In this document: positions 1 to 11,789 of the stretch, piece by piece | Numbering within the stretch: the stretch's first letter is position 1 | Layout: each line of letters starts with the position of its first letter | NCBI GenBank assembly: GCA_022813965.1 | Contig: JALDZS010000021.1 | Span: 1-64,000 of the forward strand | DNA length: 64,000 nt | Direction of reading: 5' to 3' | DNA from: Toensbergia leucococca | Lineage: Eukaryota | Position numbers and translations under genes: made by a program | The notes under the pieces: model-generated | The model's database searches: none | What the model was told of the DNA's origin: nothing | What the model saw: the letters and a program-made list of their open reading frames with translations, nothing else

Positions 1-664
1 GATAGATCTCTACCTAGGTAGCTCGCTTCCTCTTCCCCGCTTGATGGATTCCAAGTCCTGTCCTCCGTTAAGCCATTTCGCAATCACTTTCTTTCCAATT
101 CCTTATATAAGAACACGACTCAGCAACATCCAGACCCCCTTTTTCCCGCGTTTCACCCCAAAATCTCTTTCAAGTCACAAAAAACTCCTTTTTAAATAAA
201 TAGATCCGCCCCTTTCCATCGAAAAAAAAAATCATCCACATCTCTCATTAAGGAAATGCGATTTTTGAGAATAGAGTCGGTTCTGTCCATCTTTTGAAGA
301 TATTTCATTGGGGTTCTTCGGTTGGTTTGAAGCTGGGGTTGGTTTTGGTTTTTTTTTGGTGGGGGGTGGGATTCGGGGTTTGGAATGTTGTGGTTATGGA
401 GTTGAAGGCGTGGAGAGGGCGTGGAGAGGGTGGAATGGGGTGAAAGGAGGGGTTTGGCGCGGGTGCGTGGGGCGCGGGTGGGGTTTTCGGCGGCAGAAAA
501 GAGTTATATGGAGCTCCCTTTTTGACTGCTCTCCGATTGTGCGTAACTCAAGGAGACATGGCCAGGAAAGGCTCCAGCATAGTTAGCGTTGGGGTTGTTT
601 CTCTCGTTTTGTTGAGTATAGGGATTGGAGTAAAGGGAATTGTATATGAATATGGTTTCCATTT

Positions 665-2317
665 TTATCGGTATCGATCATACTCGGCCTCCTCCCGCAT
701 TCGCTTCTTCACAAGTTGCACAACTCTATCCCCATATACGTCCTCGGGGGTCCTGCCGCCCCTCAAAACCTCCCTCTCGTGCCCAACCGCCTCCTCCTTC
801 GTCATACACACCAAATCTCCCAATCGCACGCTCGAGCTCTTCTGCCCCTCCCACCTCTCATCAACCGTATATCCGGCTTCGGGAGCTCTCCACCGCATCA
901 GCACTAGCCTAGTAGGGAGACCGCTAATGACGCTCTTTCCTCGAAACACCTCCTCGACGAGATAGCCAACGTCGTCCTTGGTGATGCAGATCTTCAGCCC
1001 CAAAGCATCCCTTCCACCAATTCTCGCCAACCGCTCTTCTGAGCCCTGGAGGGTGGCCAGAATGCTATCGTACATCTTCTCTCTGCCCTTGCCGCTAGAT
1101 TGCTCATGTGGGTATCCTGTGACCTCCAGAATTACAAAGTTCGCCACTGTGTATCCAAAGATTGCAGGCATCGTTCCCAAGACTGGTAAGATCCTAGCCC
1201 TGAAGTCGGGCAATACACTTAGCTCGCCCACTTTGCCTTTCTCAAATTCTTCTTCCGGCAAAGGCAATAATTGGGCTTTCCCTGGCCCAGGCTTCTCAGT
1301 CGAATAAACGACCGGGATACCCTCACTGATCCCCACAGCTCGTAGTCTTCTTCTCGTGATCCTGGAAAGAGGGTCCTCCAGGCTAGCACTGATATCCTCC
1401 ACGAACACCCGTGTCGGATCACTCTTACATCCTGCGCCCATCGAACTCACCACTTTGATCCCGTGCTCATGACAGTACTTCAATAGCGCAACCTTGCTAT
1501 CAATATTATCAATTGCATCAACCACATAATCTGGTTTCTTTCCCCTTCCCTCATCCCATCCCATTAGTAACCTCTCTGCTTGTCCTTCCCTCCACACTTC
1601 ATTGAAGCACTCCCACTTTACCCACGGCACCACAGCTTCTAGTCTCTTTCGCACACATTGCACCTTTGGTGTTCCTACGTCTGAGAGCGTGGCTACTGCG
1701 TGCCTGTTTAGTGATGAGAGGGTTACTTGGTCAAAGTCAATGAGACGGATCCGAGAGACACCAGAGCGAGCGAGAGCAGCTGTACAATGGGAACCGACGC
1801 CACCGAGGCCAACGACTATGACGAAGGAGTCGCGGAGATGGGTGAGCCGGGGCGGAGTGAGAAATGAGGAGGTGCGAGTCAGTTGCTCGGCGATTAGTTC
1901 TTTAAAACATATTAGCTGGGTATTAGGTAGACGAGCCGATGGGAAAGATACCCTCATCGTAGTCGCCCTGCTGTGCACGTCGTGCTAGGGCTAGAGCTCG
2001 TTCATCTTCTCTGGTAGCAATGGGAAGTTTGGAGGCAGCACCATAGTCTGGAAGCTTCACTGAGATAGTAAGCACTATGTTGTTCTATTCCACAACCTTG
2101 CAGGGCTAATGAGTTGCGCCGGATCTCAATGTACCCTATCTGCATGATGATGCTCATCTATATTCGGTATCGATGCTTTCAATTCTTCAACGGCGACCGA
2201 ACGCCGGAGAGATTGGAAGCCGTAAATCGTACCAGCCACCAGGGCGCCCGAAAGTAATGCTGTTGCCGCAAGCTGGGTTTGGTGAGAGGAGGCTTGACGT
2301 TGTAGCCAGGACGACAT
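665..2317 (-). CDS. tRNA threonylcarbamoyladenosine dehydratase (ThiF/E1-like, yeast Tcd1/Tcd2 family), multi-exon
   Basis: Motifs VVGLGGVGSH, LIDFDQVTLSSLNRHA, VVDAIDNIDSK, SSMGAG.K.DPT and LPVLGTMPAIFG. The N-terminal exon (ATG 2317, MSSWLQRQ...) has a hydrophobic anchor, and GT-AG introns lie at about 1890-2135. Confidence 0.9.
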
Positions 2318-3084
2318 TGTTTCCGGTGTTTCGAGATTAGGATAGGGGTTGAGCGGCTTCTGTTTGATGCGTTTGCTACGAGTAATGGGTTGCTCCATAG
2401 CAAACTATGAAGCTCAGTATGACCATCGCAATGTTCTCAGTATCTTCAGGCCTGAATCCTTTTCGGCGTCCCTGATTCTACTTTGCGGCCAAGGGGCGTA
2501 GGACACGGATCCCCCAAGGAAACTAATGCAGCCCTACGAAAGTTCGCTTAGCTAGCGTGGCTCGCGTCTTCAAAGATGATCTTCACCAATGTGCTAGACC
2601 TTCTCTCTTCTTAACCCAGCAAGGAACAGCAGGTAAAGTCCCCGTCTTCTTCTCTTTTCTTTTTCCATCAAGAAAATCAGCATTGTACTCATGACCTCAT
2701 GGCTAACGTTTGATTCTCTAGTCCGGACTCAATGCAGAAAGCCATCACCCGAGCTCCATGACGTTCGAAGGGTGACACCACGAACTAAGCACACGAACGA
2801 ATGACTGAGAGACGTGAACAGAGATCTTAGAGTCTATACCTGCACTATGTGTCAGGTATAAACGGACTGCTTGAGCCTTTGACATTGCCTTCATTGCGCA
2901 AAGTATTGAGCCCGTCTCAAAAACATGTCACATGGGAGAAGGGTTGGTTTTACGCCTTTGTGTTGGTAGCCTGCTTATGGCAACGTGAAGCAGCCATGAC
3001 GATACCATCTTCTCGGAGGTGACATGCTGCCTTGCTGCGTACCCTGGTCACATCGCTCAGGGGGACAGTGAGACGGCAGCAACG

Positions 3085-3205
3085 TCATTGGTGATGAGAA
3101 ATTTTGTAGTTTTCAATCGGATAGGCATTCATGCTCCGTTGGTATTCCTTGCCCTGGCCTTCATTCTATCTCGCTTACACAGAATGCAGGTTGTCTGAAG
3201 CAGAT
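3085..3205 (+). ncRNA. candidate C/D-box snoRNA 1
   Basis: C box GTGATGA at 3091-3097 and D box CTGA at 3195-3198. It shares GGTGATGAGAAAT exactly with the downstream candidate. No clear terminal stem. Confidence 0.45.
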
Positions 3206-3285
3206 CCCTACCCTCATGAAATACTGAAGCCTCCCTTTTCTTGTGTGCGTGTGTTGTTGTGGGCAAAGCTTTTCGAATGTGTATG

Positions 3286-3416
3286 AGGCTCGGTGATGAG
3301 AAATCGTGTCAAAAGCCAAAGTTGTATGACAGCCTGCTCAACTTGCTTCCGCTTGAAAGAGTGGAGCGACGAAGGCAAGGTTGTCGATGAGAACTAGAGA
3401 GCTAATCTGAGAGCCT
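3286..3416 (+). ncRNA. candidate C/D-box snoRNA 2
   Basis: C box GTGATGA at 3293-3299 and D box CTGA at 3407-3410, closed by a perfect 6-bp terminal stem AGGCTC/GAGCCT. Internal D'-like ATGA and C'-like CGATGA flank a stem (gacagcctgc/gcaaggttgtc). Confidence 0.7.
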
Positions 3417-3665
3417 GGATGGAGCATACATGATTCATCCGTCACTGCTGTTCGATTTTTTGATGTTTAAAATGGCGGAACATTTTAATTGTGGCAAACC
3501 CGTAAAGAGGTACCGCAACAAAGTACATATGCTAACGACTTCATTATGTTATGGCATTGTCTTTATTACGATCATTAGTCGTTACAGTGAAATTGAAATT
3601 CTTAGAAACATTAATACCACCGACCGTTTTTACAAGCCTTCAAGCTTCTTTGCAAGAGACCTTTC

Positions 3666-4545
3666 CTATTTGCTTTGTGCCTTAAGATGCCACTCCATCA
3701 CGTTCCTGAAAATGCCCTTCCCGTTTCCCTCAATCACGTCTCCATGACACGGAATGATCGTGTTGAAGTCCCAGCTGTCAATCTTCTTCATACTCTTATT
3801 GAACCCCTCTCGATCGCCTGAACTGGCCGCATACCACAAGAACCTCTTTTGCCAGGTGGCATGTCCCTGGGAACTCATCAATCCAACAAAGAGCTTCGTC
3901 AAGACCCCTGATGTTGCACCTTCCTCTGTCCTGGAATACTGCTCCGTTGCTGGCAATGAGAACATCAAGTCGGCTTCGATCAATGTCTTATCAGGCTTGT
4001 GGAGGAACACCAACTCCTTGTTGGAATGGCTACCCACATACTCGTAGTCGAACTCGCGGTCAAACTCCTCGTCGACTTTCATATCGCCTTTGTTCTTTTG
4101 CGTCCAAACGTGGGAGAACTTCGTACCGGCCGTCTCCTTGCTTGCCTCTCGTTTCTCAGCCAGTCCGTCGACACCTAGGATTTTAGCGGTCGGGTAAGCC
4201 TTGGACCATTCGGAGAGGAAAATATGGTGCTCATAATCGAGGGCGGAAATGTAGGCGACCTTATCGCCGAGGGCTTGGACGGTGCTACGGACTTCATGCG
4301 TAAGGGCTGTCGGAGAGAAGACAGCCAGGGCTCCGGATTGGAGACGTACTGAGGGCTAGGTTAGTATTTGAGAATATTTAGATATTAAGAGAGAAGGGTT
4401 TGGGTGATGTACCAATTGTCCCTCTTCCACCGACTTTGAAGTGGCCGAAGCGATTGAAAGGTGCTGAGCAGGTGGTAATATTTGAAGACACCTTTCGTAT
4501 TACCATAACCGAAGATGGATCCCCAGGAATGAGCTTGGAAGTCAT
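3666..4545 (-). CDS. DUF4336 / metallo-beta-lactamase-fold protein, 2 exons (intron about 4349-4412)
   Basis: MTSKLIP...PFNRFGHFKVGGRGT, then D.EHHIF, ELVFLHKPDKTLIEADL and WDFNTIIPCHGDVIE. The intron has GT...CTAAC...CAG. Confidence 0.8.
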
Positions 4546-5499
4546 TTTGTGTTTGGTTTTGAACGTTTGTATAAAGGGAAGTCTGGGGATTTGATCTCCA
4601 CGATTATCCTTTGGGAGGTATTTATCCTCCTTTGCCGTATTTCTCTCAATTGAACCTATTCCAAATATGAGTACGAGATTCTCGGGTTCAGTAATCGATA
4701 CAGGTAAAGTATCTGTCAAAAGCACAATGGATGATGCGTTCGCATTCCAAATTCCGCAATATTCCTTGCTAGCGCTTATTCTACAAAGAGCTATTTATTT
4801 ACCTAGCACGGTACTCCAGACTACCTTACCGTAAGGTAGAACCACCCTTCGCCCAGTGGCCCCCTTCCATGCATCGGTCTTCTGTAATAAAAATTATCAC
4901 GAACCAACCTAGGCAAAAGAATTAGTAAGAGTTGCACGTATTACATCAGAGATGCCTCCCAAAAGCCTGGGACCCTGTCCCTAAAATAAGTCAGTAAATC
5001 CTAAGCTTCAATGCATATCTTTCCATGAAAGGCGGAACCCTCACCTGGACCAATCCTAAGCAACTGGATCTTTAGAAATTCTCTGTCCACAGATCAAATT
5101 GCTGGATACGCATAACCCCTTTGTCTTTTTCTACCCGCTTCGTACTTATGTTTTGAAACCCATTTTATTTCTCTCCTTCTTGAACTGCTTAATTTGGATT
5201 GCCTTAGTGTCTACTGCTCACATTGAGAAAGCGTCCGACAATCCGGTCGTGAAATTAAGACTCAGATAGTGTACTTGCTATCTTGGTACGATTTTCTCAG
5301 CGGCAATTTCGCCCGTGATCTCGAAAGTTCTTTTGAACAAAGTGATAATGCAGAGAATTCGAGAATACCCTCAAGAAAATGCTAAGCATACTGGATTGGC
5401 CAGAAGGCGTTTGGGTAGGTTGGTTTACTATGGTCTGTGTACCTTCTTAGGGGTGTTCTAGCTTGTTGCTTTGCCCTTAAAACAACAGATGAGGTGAAA

Positions 5500-6090
5500 G
5501 AAAGGAACTTCAAGACGACTTTGAGATCTTCTCCTCCAAGGGGGCAGACTATCTCAGAACGCGCTACCATTTACACTCTTCGATCTCGTACTCGTACGCA
5601 CAAAGCAGTCGAGTTTTCCCAGAATTTCCTTTGGGGCTCTGCTGACGCTACTCAGTCGTTTACGACATACGTAACAGCACTAAGCTGACTCACCTCGACA
5701 TTCCGTCACTCAGTTGCAGCATTCGTACAGGACTCCTACCTCGTTGTGCTGAGCGCACCGCAATGATGGCCCTACCAACCATCAGAAATGTCAGCAAGAA
5801 ACAAATCATCCGGATAAGTAAGATTTCTGCGATATTGATGTTTCATAACAGAGAAATTGGAGTACCTTTCGTATCCTGTCCTACCCCCTCCAGGTGTACC
5901 TCTTACCGAGTTTATCAACAGAGTACAAGCAATTTTCAGCTCCTGGTGCTTGTTGATGCAAGAATCGCAGGGTCTACGCGTCTCATTTTAAACAATCATG
6001 TCGGTTTTGCAATGCCTCGAACCACAAAATCTCGCCTTCTCGACATCATTCACGCAAGAGCAGGTGAAGCTACGCTCATGGAACCAGCAC
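5500..6090 (+). mobile_element. degenerate, internally deleted Tc1/mariner-like transposase relic
   Basis: Peptide PRGQTISERATIYTLRS resembles the N-terminal HTH of fungal Tc1-like transposases. MPRTTKSRLLDIIHARAGEAT resembles the Tc1 C-terminal MPxRxxAVIxAxGGxT signature. No DDE core or TIRs were found. Confidence 0.35.
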
Positions 6091-6844
6091 ATCGTGCGAG
6101 TTTTGGAAATAGATGCTGAAGACGCGGATGCTGAGGCTGTGGATGCTGAGGAGAACTCGGAAGAGTAGGATGGGGAACCTGAACTTTAAGATGAAGAAAA
6201 GTGATGAGAAGGGTGTTGTTCTTAGAGTCTGATGGAAAAGCAAATCTCAGACCATACTGACAACACTCCTCTTATCAAGTTCATGCTAATTCACCCGAAA
6301 CCACAATCAAAGATAGAGATGAACACCAGCTTCATTTAGTCGTACAAAAGATACCGCCGAGATAAGGTCCCGAATTGGGATTTAGACTATGGATTTGGCG
6401 GACGACCTCTTTATCATTATCAACACTGAATTCCGTGGCTAGCCAGCAATCAAATCTCCAGCAAGTCAACTTATCAACACGGGCTTCTCAGCAGTGACTC
6501 GATGCTTGACCTTACTGCCGAGGTGCCAAGGTGTTCGGTCTTTCTATTCTTTGACATTTGGGACATGTTCGACCTTAGTGTGTAATTCATATGCGTCGTT
6601 GAGGCCATCTAATAAAGATAGGACATGCCTTTTGCGTACTAGCCAAGCCTGGATAGCCATCTTGAAGTAATGAAAGTGTGTTCCCTATCAGATGGTTTCT
6701 TTTGAATGGCGGTGATGGTCTTGAGTACAGTACAATGACCTACTGCTCTGGAGATTGAAAAGGACTTGTCAGGATGTAGGGCAGAAAAACGAAACCCCCA
6801 AGAAAAGAAAAATAACGCCCGCATTATCCAAGGCCATAACGTTC

Positions 6845-8210
6845 TCAGCCAAGCTTCGGTCCTGGGACATCGTTCTATCACCTCGGCTTAGCGCTGTCAG
6901 ATTCATATCAAAGGACAAATCTCATTCCCACTTACATGGAAATGCTTTTGGGAATTCGAGCTCTTCTCCACCGCCCACTGAAACTGATTCCTCGCTCGAA
7001 TGTCCAACTTCAACATCTTCTTCTCCACGGCCCTTAACGCCCGCTTCTGCGTTTCGGGAACGCCTATCATGCCGCTTCCGCCATTGGCGCGTGTTGCGAC
7101 TCGTCTACCTTTCTCAGGTCCCGGCTCAGGAGAATCGATTGAGGATGCTTCTTCTATGGCTCTTTGTTCGGCACGTTCAGCCGGTGTGGGGTAGTTGTGT
7201 AGGTTCTGGCGGTAGTAGCGTGCGTGGGAGCGATGGCCTAAAGTTTTGCCTGACGGTAGGTGAAGCTCGTATTCCGAAGAAGTGATGGGATCCGTTGGCC
7301 TTTCGTCGTCGTTCTCGTCGTTTTCGTGTGTCGGGTTTGCTCCGCCCTCATCTTCGGTATTTGATTCACTAATAGAAAAATCATAGAATAGTTCCAGTTC
7401 CGTATCGTCGTCGAAATTGATCATGCAGTGACCTTTGTCTTTCATGTGTTGCTGGATCCCCTCGACTGTGCTTTTCGTGATCCCGCAAGACAGGCAGGTG
7501 TGAAATTCTGAAATGATTCTAAACAAGTAGCCAAGGAGGCTTTCTGTGTCGTTTAGATATTCCTGATTAGGGATGAACATTCCATGCATCTTGAACATGT
7601 GCGCCAAATTGAGCTCGAGGCTTGCTGAGTGAACATTACAGAAAAGGCACCTCAAAGGATCGTATGATTCAATCGCAGTATCAAGGCTTCCCTCACCGGT
7701 ATCATTTGCGTTAACAGCACCAGAGACGATAGACTCTTTTGAAGACAACGCATTGAGTTCAGTTGACTTTATATCATCTCCCACTGCTGGCAACTCGCTG
7801 GCTTCGAGGTTGATCATATTCAGAGCGTGATTCTGGCTTTTGAGATGACTTTGATATGCTTTGACACTATGATACACTTTCTGGCAAGCTGTGCAAGATT
7901 GCTGAAAAGACGCATTCGCCTCTGGCACTGATGACTTGGCAGCCAATACCTGATTCTCAAAAACTTTAGATGATATTGACGGTAGCGATACAATGCGACG
8001 CTTCAAATTGTAAATACTAAATCAAGATAAGACTCCGGAGTGGATGGAACGCTGCTTGATTTCGGTTACTTACTGCCACTCGCTCTGCATGTGAGTGCGC
8101 TGAAACTCATTACTGTCAAACGTGACCAGACAGGTGTTGCATGTAAATAAAGATGTTGGTACTCCTCGTTGCTCTGAAGAGCTAGGAGGGCTAGCAGAGC
8201 CGGGAAACAT
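6845..8210 (-). CDS. ZNF622/Rei1-family C2H2 zinc-finger protein (TRI15-like paralog), 3 exons
   Basis: FTCNTC...QRTHMQSEWH-intron-YNLKRRI..LP, CTACQKVY...HLKSQNH, CLFC...HMFKMHGMFIP, QQHMKDKGHC, LHLPSGKTLGHRS...YYRQNL. The terminal exon is NDVPGPKLG*. Confidence 0.88.
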
Positions 8211-8425
8211 GATTGAAGAAGGCGCTTGAAAATTTGTAACTGGAAAGAAGGCTTTGTCCAGGGTTTAATATGAACTGGAAGAAATGCAATTGAGCTCTGT
8301 ACACAATGATAGTCTTGACTGCTTTTCGAAGAGGTATTTATATGAGAAGCATTAACAAGAAATCCTTCACAATTAAGTAATGCCGAGGTTGGAAATTGTA
8401 TGAATAGATCTACGGCTTTTGTGAG

Positions 8426-8536
8426 TGACTCTTTCTATTTTAGCGGCGAATTGGTGACTCAGGCATCAAGGCATTGAAAAAGAGGTGGTCTGATTCTGAC
8501 TTCTGAGAGGAGTCTGGACCATAAATATGTGACTCA
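8426..8536. promoter_or_regulatory. cluster of Gcn4/CpcA (AP-1-type) TGACTC(A) elements upstream of the Rei1-like gene
   Basis: TGACTC at 8426-8431, TGACTCA at 8455-8461 and TGACTCA at 8530-8536. A TATA-like TATAAATA lies on the minus strand near 8335-8343. Confidence 0.45.
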
Positions 8537-9308
8537 ACAACGTTTACTCCGTACCCTTGCGAGCCTTGGCTACTAGGTCTGCAGCCCTTGGATGGCAACA
8601 GCCGAATCCCGCTGTCCGGATCAATATCGGACCGAAAAGACCACCATCCCATGATGGTTATCGACGTCCATTATTTTGCTTCATACGGCAGCAGCACTGT
8701 GTGTGTTTCAATCTTGAAAATGTCGAAAGGGCAATACTATTTTCTGCTTTAGATCCCTACCTAATGAGCGACATCTAGTTCGTAGAGGCAGCACCACGTC
8801 CGTGGGGAAAGTTTGGTTCAATCTCTTTAATGTTTGCTTGCATTTTGAATATTGTGCTAGTACCCTTCTTTGCTTTGTGACGTTGTCAAAGACAAGCAGA
8901 ACATGCGGAGCTTCGATGTGTCTCCTGATGTGAATGCTGTTTCTCTAAAGGTGTGGATAATGGAGCAAGCTTGTACATCAAATATTATATCGAGATGTCT
9001 TATTTCCCATCTCTATTTGCCTTGACTGTGCATGAAGCTTTGTCACTACAATGTCTCGAGAGCAGTGAGATCTGGGACGCGACCTTGGAAGCAGCTTCTA
9101 CGCTCAGAACGCGACTACCCGCTGGGGCTGATATTCATTGACTGTGCGTCACAAACATCAACACAAGAGTGTGCTCCCTTCCATTTTACTTTACTCTTCG
9201 TCCATCAAATTCTCTTCACACAACAGCTCTTCCACACTTCGTGCATCTTACTCAACAGTACACTACAAAGCATTACTTAGATTACTATCAGCACGTTCCT
9301 TAGTTAAG

Positions 9309-10002
9309 ATGACTTTCCTCCCTCGTCTTGTGTCCATTCCGCTTCGCATCGGGGAACTTGCCTTCGCAGGTACGGTCACTTTCCCGTACTACTCACCCAG
9401 GCCAAGCACTGACAAACATGCTTAGCAATTGTTGCCGGTCTTGTCGGCCACTATCTCCATTCAGACCATGATGATTACAAGTCGATCGGGGCTCGTATCA
9501 TCTATACTGAAGTCGTCGCCGCCTTGTCTATGCTCCTGGCCCTCGTCTGGTTGACTCCATTCAATGCTAGCCTCGCTCACTACCTACTGGATCTCATTCT
9601 CTTTGTCGCCTGGATCATTGCCTTCGCTCTCCTCGTCGATTTTAGTCGTTTTAAAGGAGACTGTGGGTGGTATGATAGATATTTGTACCCATATACACCA
9701 TATGGCCGCCATCCTTGCGGTGAGTGGGATGCTACTTTGGCCTTCGCCTTTCTAAGCGCTATCTTGTGGCTAATCAGCGCGCTTGTGGTAAGTGCATCAC
9801 TGTCAGCTACGTGTTACATGGTGAGATGCTAAACCATCAAAAAGGCTATGTGGTTCGTCCATAGTGCCCGCGGCCGAGGTGCGGCACCTCCTGTTGATGG
9901 TGCTAATTCTGCGTAAGATCATTCCCTCTCGAGCTTGAGTGGACTTGCTTATTGAGATATAGGACTCCGCGTCGTAAATGGGGTCGCCCATCCCACGTCT
10001 AG
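9309..10002 (+). CDS. MARVEL-domain integral membrane protein, about 4 exons
   Basis: SIPLRIGELAFA-intron-IVAGLVGHYL, R.IYTEVVAALS, DLILFVAWIIAFALL, C..W.A..AFAFLSAILWLISALV. Four TM helices and canonical introns. Confidence 0.8.
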
Positions 10003-11174
10003 GCAGTCAGAAGGAGGTCATAGATCGCGATGAAATAGCTTGGATAGCAACCTTATTCTGAGAGACCCGAACATGGGTAGGCAGATAGCTGACCGACTGT
10101 TGTCTGCTAATCTATTAAGTACGAGCGAGAGGGCCTGAAGGTTGCAAGGGTCTGTTGCCCTTGGCAAGCAGCTGTATTACTGGAAGGAGTTGGAGAGATT
10201 CTGTGCATAACAGACCTTGCGTGGAAACCTCGTGCTTCCTTGAGCATGCACTGAGCATAGTATTGACTCAATTGTACGTAATTAATCACACTTGCTTTGC
10301 CACTCTCACAATGCCTGTACTCATAATGACCCGAATAACGTTGTTTATGTGAACGAAAACGAGCAGCAAACCATCTCTGTTCTCTTGAGTTGTTGTGTCT
10401 TGACAGATCTCAGTCAAGTTTGATTGCTTGACCTTGTCCTTAACGTGGCTTTCTTGTGAACAAAAAGTGGTGTTCTATTCTTGCTGGCAGCCACGATGGG
10501 TGGCTGACGATGCCTAAGCAAACTTAAGTCTCCACATACGAAGGTACATGGCTTATATAAAGAGAATAATGTCCTACACTAAAAGAGATAGCATACACAA
10601 CACAATCCGAGTATCCTTATGACCAAGAACCAGCTCCTGCCAAAATTATCAGGTTCCTCCAGAGATTGAACAACTTTCCAGCAGAACAAAACCTTGCACC
10701 AAGAAAGCAGACTCTCTCGCAGGAAAGAAGGGCATCAAGATATTCCCGACACATCCAAATACAATGTGCCTCGTGGAGGAGAATTGGGAGTGCGGTTCCA
10801 GGATAACCTCTGCACTGAATGACCAGTGTGGGTGTACAACGGTTGTGATTACGGCTGTTCTTGAAGGGCGTTGTGGGAGGTGCACCAATTGTGTCGGAAT
10901 GCCATTGCCGGTTGGTCCGGACCCTAACGAAGCGAGGAGATGAGATGGAGATTGGATGAGGTGACGGGTTGAAGGGTTCAGAGCTGCGTGTTGTCGGCTC
11001 TATTTTTTCTGTTTGATGTGTCTTGATTGTTTGGAATCGAGGCTTTGATTTTTGAAAAGGGGCAAAATTACGAATCTTGCCTGAGTCGGTTAGACTTTTG
11101 TGTAGGTAGAATATCTTGATTCTCCATCTTAGGAGTGACCATAGTTCAACTCGATCTCCATAAATCACTTCTCC

Positions 11175-11714
11175 ATGTCGTCCGCATCAAGCCTGTTCCC
11201 GGTGCGCCCTCCCAACCCCACAGAAGACCAATTGCAAGCTGGCATTGATGCCTGCCTCGCCATCCAACGCCGCGCCGTCAGTCATGGAAGGCAGCCTTTC
11301 GCAGCTTGTCTCATTGGACCTGACAACTCTACAGTCCTGCTCACACACCAAAACATTGATCACGTAAATCATGCCGAATCAAGTCTGGCCCGCCTTGCAG
11401 CCTCCCATTTCCCCCAAGAATATCTCTGGACTTGCACATTGTACTCCACGTGGGAGCCATGCGCAATGTGCTCTGCTACTGTCTACTGGGCGCATATCGG
11501 AAGGATCGTGTATGCGGCTACTAATGACCAACTGGCTACTTTGACGGGAGAGGGCAATAATGAGAACTTTACGATGCGCTGGCATTGCAGAGATATTTTG
11601 AGTGATGGGCAGAAAGATATTCAGATATTCGGGCCGATTGATGGCATGGATAAAATGGTCATGGAGGAGAGTGACGTTTATTGGAGTAAGACGAGGAAGG
11701 CCAGAGGCATTTGA
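11175..11714 (+). CDS. cytidine/deoxycytidylate deaminase-family (CDA superfamily) zinc deaminase, intronless
   Basis: PFAACL, HAE (HAESSLAR) and EPCxxC (WEPCAMC) zinc/catalytic motifs in a 179-aa ORF. Confidence 0.9.
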   Translation: MSSASSLFPVRPPNPTEDQLQAGIDACLAIQRRAVSHGRQPFAACLIGPDNSTVLLTHQNIDHVNHAESSLARLAASHFPQEYLWTCTLYSTWEPCAMCSATVYWAHIGRIVYAATNDQLATLTGEGNNENFTMRWHCRDILSDGQKDIQIFGPIDGMDKMVMEESDVYWSKTRKARGI

Positions 11715-11789
11715 CTGCTGGACTGCTTTTACCAGGAGTACCCGAGACATCTGGGAATCATTTCTGCACATCTCGATTTTATTGAGAGT

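Noticed and set aside
11..20. Palindrome TACCTAGGTA and similar AGGTACCT/TACCTA motifs in intergenic regions
   Set aside because: They are too short and scattered to support a function without genome-wide statistics.
308..965. Plus-strand ORFs at the window start and other antisense ORFs overlapping real genes (e.g. 23898-24467, 34710-35219, 45904-46497)
   Set aside because: These are shadow ORFs of G-rich tracts or of genuine opposite-strand CDSs.
2630..2645. AAAGTCCCC resembling RNase MRP/P CR-I
   Set aside because: It coincides with an intron 5' splice site, and no matching CR-V element was found downstream.
10617..11168. 183-aa minus-strand ORF divergent from the deaminase, as a possible fourth cluster gene
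   Set aside because: It has a non-ATG start, no recognisable motif and non-coding-like composition.
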